Shown here: positions 52,001 through 61,508 of the stretch, piece after piece | How the letters are laid out: the number at the start of each line of letters is the position of its first letter | How positions within the stretch are numbered: the stretch's first letter is position 1 | Origin: an uncultured Verrucomicrobiae bacterium | GTDB lineage: Bacteria; Verrucomicrobiota; Verrucomicrobiia; Chthoniobacterales; Chthoniobacteraceae | Reading direction: 5' to 3' | DNA length: 64,000 bases | Assembly (NCBI GenBank): GCA_963769025.1 | Contig: CAVYKI010000012.1 | Coordinates: 288,001-352,000 of the forward strand | Made by a program: the position numbers and the translations under genes | Notes under the pieces: generated by a model | What the model was told of the DNA's origin: nothing | The model's input: the letters and a program-made list of their open reading frames with translations, nothing else | Databases searched by the model: none

Positions 52001-55000
52001 GTGATAGGCGAAGCGGCCACTGCGCCAGTGTTCGAGCCGCTGTAGAACAGGGTGCCGGGACCGATGTTCACGGGCAGGTTCGTGCCGACGGTGAAGCCGC
52101 CGGGCAGGATGAGTCCGACGCCGCTGCCGACGTTGAAGGTCGGGCTGCTGGTCGCGGACGTCAGGGTGGTGCCGGTGAACCGGAGCTTGTAGCTGTTGCC
52201 GCCGGTGACGTTAAGGCTGGTGCCCGGTGCCGGGTTGCCCGCGGTGGTGCTGGTGAAGGTCGTGCCGGCCACGGTGCCGTAGTCCAGCGTGCCCATGACG
52301 ATCGTGTTCGCGGTGTTGGCACCGGCGTTGTTGACGTTGATGTACGCATTGGCCAGCGCGGTGCTGATCTGCACATCGTTGCCGTAAGTGATGGGGCCGT
52401 TGCTGGTCACGACCGCTGTGCAGCAGGGAGAGCACGCCGCCATTGATGACGACCGGGCCGGTGCCGAGCGAAGATTTGCCCGCGTTCACGCCGGTGGCGA
52501 GCAAGGTGCCGGCGTTGAGCACGACACCACCGGTGAAGGTGCTCGCTCCGCCAATTTGGTTGGTCAAATTGAGGGTGCCGAGGCCGGTCTTCGTGATGCT
52601 CGTGCCAGCGCCGGTGATGAGGCCGTTGACGTCGCCGTCATGTTCGGCGCGTTGACGTTGAGCGTCGCGCTCGCGCCGACCGGCAGAGCGAACGTCGACC
52701 GGGCGGAGCCGATGGTCGAGGCTGACCGCGGCGGTGCCGGTGGCGTCGAAGTTGACGTTGCTGCCGGCGATGACGTTGTTGGTCGACCGGAGATTGGGCC
52801 CGTGCTGTAGAGCGTGCTGCCGCTCCCCATGCTGAGCGTGCCGGTGCCGAGCGGGCCCGCGTGATCGGGGAGCCGATGGTGTCGTTCGTGCTGTTGGCGG
52901 CGATGGTGAGATTCGTGCCGCTCGGCGAGGTTGATGCCGCCGGTGAAGGTGCTCTGGCCGGACAGCTGCAGGTTGCCGCCGCCCGCCACATTGATCGCGT
53001 TGCTGGCGTTGGTGAGGACGGAGGTGATGATCAGCGTCGGCTGCAACGGCGCGACGTTCTGGCCGTTGAAGGTGATCGGGTTGACGGTGATCGACGGCGA
53101 AGCGACGTCGTTCAGGTTCACCGTGCCGCCGGTCAGCGACGCGTTCGTCGATGGGTTGCTCGACGAGGCGGTGATCGAGCCGCTGGTGAGCGTGAGGATG
53201 CCGGTGTTGGATCGTCGGCGCGGTGGTGCCGCCGTTGTTGTTGTAGGTGAGGCTGGTGAGGGTGTTGTTCACCAGGAAATTCATCGTGTTCACGCCCTGA
53301 AGGACGCCCGCGCCGGAGTTGATGGTCACCTGGTTTGTCGCCGGGTTCACCGCGGTCACGTATTGCGCTTCCAGGGATGCCAGTGCCGGTCACGAGCTGT
53401 CCGACGGCGATGCCGTTCGTGCTGGTGACCGTGATGACGTTCGAGCCGAAGGCGTGGTGACCGAACTGGCATAGGCGAGGCTGGAACTTGTGTTCAGCGC
53501 GCCGTTGCCGGCGATGGTCGCGGATTGCGCGGAGGCGGTCCCATAATAGCCGCCGGCCGGCGAGTAGATGACGGAGCCAGCGGTCTGCGTGAGCGTGCCG
53601 CCATGCAGGAAAATGCCGCCCGTGCCGAGGGTGCTCTGGCCAACGGTGACGTTGCCGGCGTTGCCGAGCGTCACCGTGCCCTGATCGACGTACGTGCCGC
53701 CGGTGTAGGTGTTCGTGCCGTTCAGCGTGTAGGCGCCCGAGCCGCTCTTCACCACTGCCATCCCGTAACTGGTGATGGTGCTGTTGATGATGCTGGTGGC
53801 GCTGCCGGTCAGGAAGAGTTCCACCCCTCCCGAGGTCAGCGCGCCGTTGTTGGTGGAACTGCCGAGGGTCAGGGCGCCGGTGGTCAGCAAGCCGCCGCTG
53901 GCGAGCGTGAGGGCATTGGTGCTGGTGACGGTGCCGCTGGTGCCGAAGCCGATGGCGGTGGTGGCGGTGATGCGCAGGGAGTTGATCGTCTGGCCCAGGC
54001 TGTTCTGGGCCGTGTTCATGAGGTTCACTCCGGTGCCCCCGCCCATCGACACGTTGTCGGTCGCGACCGCGTTGTTGATCAGCAGCGGCGAATAGCCCGC
54101 AAAGCCGGTCGCGCTCAGCGCCCCGACCCCGTAGGTCGCGTTATAGCTGGCGAAGTCGGTGGCGTTCACGGTGTAGGCCCCGCCGAGCAGGCTGTTGTTC
54201 AACGTCGGCGCCAGTGTGAAGAAGATGTTCGGGTTGCTGCCGATCTGGCCCAGCGTGCCGCCGGTGTTCGTGAAGTTCACCGTCGAGCCCGCCGCCCGGG
54301 TGATGCCGCTGCCGGTGAGCGTTAGCTCCGCCTCGCTCAAGCCGGTGGTCTGCTGCGTCAGGCTGATGGTGTTGGCACCTTCCGTGGTGCTGATCTGGCC
54401 AAGCCGTTTCCGCCGAGATGTACTGGGTCCGGCCGAGGTAGGTGATCGTGCCGCCGCCGAGGGAGATCCCCAGGCTGGACGGCAGCCGGGTGGAGGAGTC
54501 CATCGAGCCCGTGTTGTCCAGGGTCAGGTTTGCGCGGTTGATGGTCAGGCTGCTGGAGCCCGTGGTGCTGGCGCTGTAGAGCGCGCCGCTGCCGACCAGC
54601 GTGAGGCTCATGCCGTTGACCAAGGTGGGGCCCGTGTAGGTCTGCGCCTGCGTGAAAACCTTCGTTGATGCCGCGGTCGAGGAGAGAACGACACCTTGGG
54701 TTCCGGCGATCACGCCGGTAAAGTTGCGGCTGGGCCCATCTCCCTTGAGCACCACCGACCCGCTGCCGTTCACCGTCGAGCTTCTGCCGAAAATGCCCAC
54801 ACCACCCGCGGCAGCGCTGTCCGAGAAAAGGTCGGTGAAAATCTGGGAGTTGCCGTTCAGGTTGAGGGTGGTCCCGGCACCCATCGTCATGTAGTTGGCG
54901 AACCGGATCGTGTTGTTGCCGGCATTGAGACCAGCGTGCCGGCGTTGAGAACGGTCTGGCCGTTATAAAACGCGGTGCCCGTCAACGTGAGGGTTCCGGC

Positions 55001-58000
55001 GTCCGCCTTGGTGAGACCCGCACCGGCGCCCCCCGCGCCACCGACGATGTTGCTGCTGATCGTGAGGTTGGCCACCGCGTGGATGATCAATTCATTGCCG
55101 CCGCCGGTGATTTGGCCGCCGGAAATCAAGTTGCTGACGGTATCCAGGAGAGGATGGCTTCGCCGAGGGCATTATTGGCAATCGTGAGGACGGTGTTCGA
55201 GTTCGGCTGCGTCAGGCTGGCACCGGCGCCCGCTTGGGTGCCGAGGGTCAGCGAGTTGATCGTCTGCGTGAGCGTGCCGGCCTGGCCGGTGGTGCCACCG
55301 AGACCGGTGTTGGCAGCCGAAGCCAGGGCGACGTTTACGCCAGTACTGCCGAAGGTGAGGAGCGAGGCGGCGGGAACGGTGGCAACGGCACTCAGGGTAA
55401 GGGTGCTGCCGGCGATGGCGGTGATGTACGTATTGGCCGCGATGCCGGCGCCGGTGATGGATTCACCGACATACAGGGATGCCGAGAGGTTGTTCGTGGT
55501 GGTCAGCGTAGTGGACGCGACGGTCGCAGTGCCGGAGAGCGTGTTGGCGGCACTGGCCGCGTTGGCATTCACGTAGTTGGCAAAGGCACTGTTCGTTTCA
55601 CTGGCCGCCAGATTGCGCAGGTAACCGCTGGCGCCGATGACAGTGGAGGTCGCGAGGGAGACCGTGCCGTTGTTGCTGACGATCGCCCAAGGCAGGATCC
55701 CGAGGTTCGCCGTGCCGGTCTGCACGGTGCCCGCGCCGACGAAATTCGCCGCCGTGGTGATCGGGCCGGTATTGATGGAGGCCGAGGCCGTGCCGGTGCC
55801 ACGGTGCCCGAAATCAGCGCCGCACCGACGCTGTTGAAACTGGCTGTCGAGAACGCGCTGCGCGTCCACCCGCCGCCGGTGCCGGTGAGAATCAGATTGG
55901 CAGGACCGCCGGTGGTGGGAGTGAGGTTGGGCGTGACGTTGAACGTCGTCTGGCCGCGACCGAGGGTCAATCCCGCCAGGGTTTCCGACGACGTTGCAGC
56001 GGCGTTGCCGATGAGATTCAGGGTGCCGCTGCCCGAGGTGAGGAAGGTGTGCGGTGCGACGCCCAGACCGCTGGTGGAAATATGCCGGTTTGGTCGGTGC
56101 CAGCATTGTCCAGGGTCACGGTGCCGCCGGTGAGGGTCCCGGAGCCGGTGGCGAGATCCCCGGAGCGGAGTTGGTCAGCACCTTGCCGCCAGTGCCGGAT
56201 GTCGCACCGCCGGTATTCAGCGTTCCATCAGAAGCGCCGATGTTCAGACGGCAGGCCGGCGGGCAAGGTCGTCGTCCCGGCCGTCGTTGTGAAGTTCAAG
56301 GTTCCGCCGTTCAAGGTGGTGACGCCAACGCCCGCGTTGTTAATCTGCGAAGCGGTGCCGGCCGAGGCGCTGATGATAATGGAGCCGCCCGCCTCGTGCC
56401 GCCGGTCCATGCGCCGATGCCGTTCAGGGTGAGCGAGCCGGTGCCGCCCACGACCGTGAGCTTGCCGGTGCCATTGGTCGTGCCCGTGAAGGTCAGGTTC
56501 GTGCCGGGGGCGACGTTGACGTTGGTATTGCTGCTGAGAGAATGCCGTTGTCGCGCTGATCGTGTTGTTCAGCGTCGCGTTATTGATGGCCGCCGCGGAC
56601 GCCCCCGTTGTTCATGTAGATCGTGCTTCCGGCGGTGCCGGTGGCGATCACGTAGCCGCTGGTGACGGGGTTCAGCGTCAGCGTGCCGACGTGTTGAAGA
56701 CCGTCCACGGTGACGGTTTGAATCGCCCCGTTCGTCGTGGCGAACGTGGCGTTGTCCCCGGCGAGTTGGGGCACCACACCGCCGGTCCAGTTGCCCGGCG
56801 TATTCCAGCTATTGGGGCCGGCCGAGGTCGGAATCCAACCCGCCGTAATGCCCGCATAGCTGCCGCTGATGGTGAGGGTGACGAAGCCGCCACCCGTGCC
56901 CAGGGCGTAGGTGATGCCCGTGGGCGCTGCGGACGTGACCAGGCCGCCGGCCCCGAGGGTCGGGGCGGCACCGCCGTCCTGGATGAGATTGTACGTGCCG
57001 GCGACGGTCGAGAACTGGCCGAAGGAGAGCGGGGTGACGACCGTGCCCGCGCCGAAGGAGTAGGTGCCGCCGAGAAGGTTGCCGACGGTGAGTTGATCGG
57101 CGCTGTTGCCGGTGGCGGTGTCGAACTGAAGGATGCCACCGCTCGCGGTCGTGAGGTTATTGATGGTCAGCGGCCCGGTCCCGATGATGCCGACGCCGCC
57201 GGGATTGATGATGCCGCCCGAATTGAGGCCCACGTTCCAGAACGAGCCGCCCGCGGGCGCGCTGCTCAGTATGCCGCCGGCGTTCAGCGCGATCGTGCCG
57301 CCGCTGAAATTGGTGATGCCCGTCGTCGTCGCGGCAAGGCCCGATGCCAGCGTGCCGCCGCCGGAGACGGTCGTGGTGCCGCTCAAGGCCCCCGACGCAC
57401 TGATGATCGTGACGTTCGTGCCGGTGATGTTCGCGCCGCGGGTGTAGCTCTGGGCCGCGCTGATATTCGTGACACCGCCGGAAAGGTTCAGGGTGAGGGG
57501 TCCCGAGAGGGCGTTGGCGGCTGTCGCGGCAACCATGCCGCCCGTCTGGGGCAGGCTTGCGGGACCGCCTGCGACGAGCGAGGGGAGCGCGCCTGCGGCC
57601 GAGAGGACGAGGTTGCCGTTGCCGAAGATCAGGGTGGTGGTGGCCGAAGGAACGCCGGTTCCGCTGGTGATGGTGATCGTATTGCCGTTGATGGCCGTGA
57701 TGAACTGACCGCTGGCGGGCATGCCAGGGCCGCTGACCGATTGCCCGACAATAAGGCCTGTCGCGTTGGCGACCGTCAAAATGTTCGATCCTGCCACGGT
57801 CGTGCCGATGGTGGAGACGTTCGTTCCGGCCACGCTCGTGCCGCCGGTGTAGTTGTTCGCGACGCTGAGCGTGGCGGTGCCGGCGCTGATGGTCAGCGAG
57901 TTCGTGCCAGTGAGGGAGTTGGCCGTGTTTTGAGTCAAACCCGCGAGGGTGCCCGTCAGCGAGATTGGGCCCGTGCCCGCGGCGCCCACGGCATTGAACG

Positions 58001-60537
58001 CGACCGTGCCGCCAGGAATAATCGTGCCGCCCTGATAGGAGTTGGTGGTCGAGAGGGTGAGGGTGCCGAGACCGGTCGTTGCACTGCCCGGGTCCGTGGT
58101 CAGACTCCCCACGCCGGAGATCGCGCCCGAGATCGTGCCGCTGCGTGGCGTGGCGTACGCATACCAGTCGCGCAACCCGATAGTGGCATTCGCGTTGAGG
58201 GTGATGGGACCCGAGAAGACGCCCGCGTTGCCGTTTTCAAAGCTGAGCACGCTCTTGGTTCCGCCGCTCACGGTGATCGCGTTCGGAATGCTCACCGCAG
58301 TGGTCCCTTGGACGATCAGTTCGCCCTGGTTGCCGATGTTGAACGTCGCACCAGCCGCGACCGCGCTGGTCAGTCTGGTACTCGACGCTGCCGCCCGCAT
58401 TGATGGTGATCGCGCCGCTGTAAGATTGCGTTCCCGTATTGAAGCGCAGATTCCCGGAGTTTGTGACCAGCGTGCCGCCGCTGGCCACCGTCAGGGGACC
58501 GCTGCCGATCAGAGTGTTGGCAGTGCTGAAAATAAGCTGCCCGCCGGCTACATTGATCGAGCCGCCGCTGGCGCCCACGGTGATCACGTGGGTATTGGTG
58601 AAGCCAGCAGTGGTCCTGAGCCGCTGTGGCGCCGTTCAAGCTGACGCCGGTGGCCGCGGCCCCGAGGTTGGCATCCGCGCCGATGGAGAGGGTGCCACCC
58701 GTGATCGAGGTGGTGCCCGTGTAGAGGTTCGTGCCGGAGAGGACGAGAGTGCCGCTGCTCACGTTGACGGCATTGACCGTGGCGGCGATAGCGCCCGTGA
58801 TCGTGGCCAGTCCGGCGCCGCTGTTGGCGTTGGTGATCGAGCCGGTGGTCGCGATGGCCCCGACGCTGATGCCGTTGCCGACGATCGTGTTGTTGAAGGT
58901 CAGGTTCGCCACGGCCGCGGAGACACCGCCCGTCAGGGTTACCAGGCCCGCGCCGGTGCTGTTGATGAATCCGAACTGGGTCGGAGTGAGCGCGGTGGTG
59001 ATGGTGAGGGGCGAGGTCCCGGTCTGATTGAGCGCCGTAACATTCGCGCCAACGGTGGCGATGGTGGTCGTGCCCGCGCCCGCGCCGCTGTTGGTGATGG
59101 TGCCCCCGTTATTCACCGCAACCGTGCTGAACGTGGTGCCGCCGGCAGCCACATTGTTGATGGTCAGATTGAACGCGCCGGTGACGCCGCCGCTGAGCGT
59201 GAGCGTGCCGGCTGCCGCCGCGCCAACGGTGGCATTGCCACCCAGAACGATCGCCCCGCCATAGCTGGCCGCGGTCGCGGAGCTGTTCGTAATCGCGCCC
59301 CTCGGCAAGGCCGTGAGACCCGTGCCCGCGATGTTCAGCACGTCGGTGTCGGTGACGACGAGGCCGTTCATGTCGATGGCGGCGCCGGACTGGATGGTGG
59401 TCCCCGCCGTGTTCGCGCCCAGTCCACCCGAAACGCCGCTGAGCTGCAGGGTTCCCGCCGCGACGGTGATCGTCCCGCCAAAGTTGAACTGCTGCCGCAG
59501 GATGAGTGTTCCCGTGCCCGTCTTGGTCAGCGCACCGCTGCCCTGGAGCTGCTGGGCGGTCAGGCCGGTGCCGGTGACCCCGGTGGTGCCATCGTCCACG
59601 GTAAATGTGCGGCCCGCATCCACATCAAAGGTGCCGCCTCCCGCCCCGATGTTGAACACCTGGCCAGCCGAAAGATTGGTCGCGGTCGGGACGTTGACGT
59701 TGTAATCGACAGCGGTGACGCGGAAAATTCCGCCATTGGTCAGCAGAATCTGCTTGTCGCCGTGGTGGAACCCCGGCCCAGCTGCGAGACAGTGGTGGCC
59801 GAGCCCTGGGTGTAAACGAGCGTGCCGCCATTGATGGCGATATCGCCGGTGAAAGTGTTGCCCGTGTTCGTCAGCGACACGACCGTGCCACTGGCAGCGC
59901 CGGTGCCGATGGTCAACCCCACCGTTCCTGTCGCCACCGTCCCCGAGATCAGCCCGCTGATCGTCGTCGCACCCGTGCCCGCGATAATCAGCGGATTGGC
60001 GCCAAGCGTCAGCGCATTCACGACGGTGAAAAGACTCGCCGAGTTATTCGTCCATGTCTGCGTGCCCCCCAGCGTGATCGCCGTGCCATTGGTCGCGTTT
60101 CCGATGGTCACCGCACCGGCACCGCCATTGATCGTGATGCCACCGGTCCCGAGCGTGAGGGCGCGCGTGGTGGTGGTGTCGCTCTGCAGGGTCGTCCCGC
60201 CCGTGTTGTTGAAGGTGATGCCGGCAATGGCGGTGGCGGCGTTCAAACTGATCGTCTCCAGGCCGTTGACGGTGGATTGATTGAAAACCACCGAATCCGC
60301 CGCCAAGGGAACCACGCCAGTGGTGCCACCGGTGTCCGGATCGTCAGACCAATTCGCACCCACCTGCCATGTGCCGGAGGCCGTGTTCCAGTAATACGAA
60401 ACGGCACCTGCCTTCGGAGTCGAGAACAGCGAGGCCGCGAGGAGCGCGATCGAGCCGGCGAGGATGCGGGAGCGACTGCCGGGATGTGCCTTGCAGGAAG
60501 TTTTGCGGCGGAGGAGGATGAGGCGGTTCATTTTCAT
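40016..60537 (-). CDS. Very large (about 6800 aa) autotransporter-repeat PEP-CTERM surface protein, broken into more than 15 ORF pieces by frameshifts
   Basis: One signal peptide at 60537 (MKMNRL...TPKAGA|VSYYW) and one PEP-CTERM at 40016-40145. Continuous G/T/A/N/S-rich beta-repeat coding in between, in abutting or overlapping ORFs with no intergenic gap. Confidence 0.8.
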
Positions 60538-60850
60538 GGCTTGGGAGAGTGAGGACTGAAGGATTCTGAAACTAGCGGGTCGGAAGGGTGCGATGCGTGT
60601 CGATGCGAAGAGTCAATTCCAGCACGAGTGCACGACAGAACGTCGCGCTAGCACTGCACCGAGGTGGCTCGCCGGTGGGGGAAACCGGGAATTGGAGACG
60701 AATGAGTGATAATAACCTAGGGAGGGGGAAATGCGTTAATGAGTCGGAAAACGGTTAAGGAAAGCATGTCACCGTGGCTATTGGCAAGCGATTTGACGTG
60801 AAAACTACATTCTTTGTGTGGCGAAAACCACTACTCAGCCCATCCTCCCC

Positions 60851-60919
60851 TGATTCACATCAGATGAATCACAAATGACGATTTTGAAGGGTTCAGAATT
60901 TATCCATAAGTCACTTATG
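60851..60919. promoter_or_regulatory. Two palindromic sites in an AT-rich intergenic segment
   Basis: TGATTCA-N7-TGAATCA (60851-60871) and CATAAG-TCA-CTTATG (60905-60919). Confidence 0.4.
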
Positions 60920-60940
60920 TAGAGTGTGTTATTTTAAGAC

Positions 60941-61109
60941 CGGTGGATCACGGGTCCGTTCGCAGTGATTTCGACGGCAGAACTGAAAGCGGATACAGTT
61001 TCGCCTCAGTGGATCACGGGTCCGTTCGCAGTGATTTCGACGGTTGGCGATCCGTGCGCGGGTGGCGCGGTTCAATGGATCACGGGTCCGTTCGCAGTGA
61101 TTTCGACGG
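60941..61109. CRISPR. Orphan CRISPR-like mini-array (3 repeats, 2 spacers)
   Basis: Repeat core RTGGATCACGGGTCCGTTCGCAGTGATTTCGACGG at 60943-60977, 61009-61043 and 61075-61109. Exact 66-bp period, unrelated spacers, AT-rich flank on the left. No cas gene in the window. Confidence 0.6.
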
Positions 61110-61508
61110 TGGAAGCTGCCAGCCTACCACACACCCCTCGCTGCGTTTGGAATCGGAACCGAGCGCGGTAAAAAAGTGCACCGGACATCGCCGACATACG
61201 ACAGTTTCCACCGCCGCGCATGGTGTATTTTGAGCTTGGTGCGCACATAAAACGCCCGCTCGACCACGCATCCGCGGAGTGCGCGCCACCACCAAACCAC
61301 CCAGGAGTCCACTACGGATGCGGGTTCCGCAGGCATGGCACTCAGAAAATCTCGCATCCACGCAACGACTCCGGCATCCCCGCCCACCTCACGCCATTTC
61401 AAAAGAAGCCGTTGCGAGATGTCGATGATAATACTTTGATGAGCCTTCGCCGCACCGCTCCTCGAAAAGTCACGCGAGCCGCTGCGTGCGGAGGACTTTC
61501 GCCGCCAA

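Noticed and set aside
60780..60798. Sigma54 site TGGCAAGCGATTTGA
   Set aside because: The -12 dinucleotide is GA rather than the required GC.
60941..61109. TIGR-Tas-type array or simple minisatellite
   Set aside because: The unit is 66 bp with one long variable segment, not a roughly 36-nt dual-spacer unit; the spacers are unrelated, unlike a minisatellite.
61110..61508. Fourth degenerate repeat, tracrRNA anti-repeat or small cas gene beside the array
   Set aside because: The sequence at the expected position (61141) does not resemble the repeat, no extended complement was seen by eye, and the short ORFs here lack recognisable motifs.
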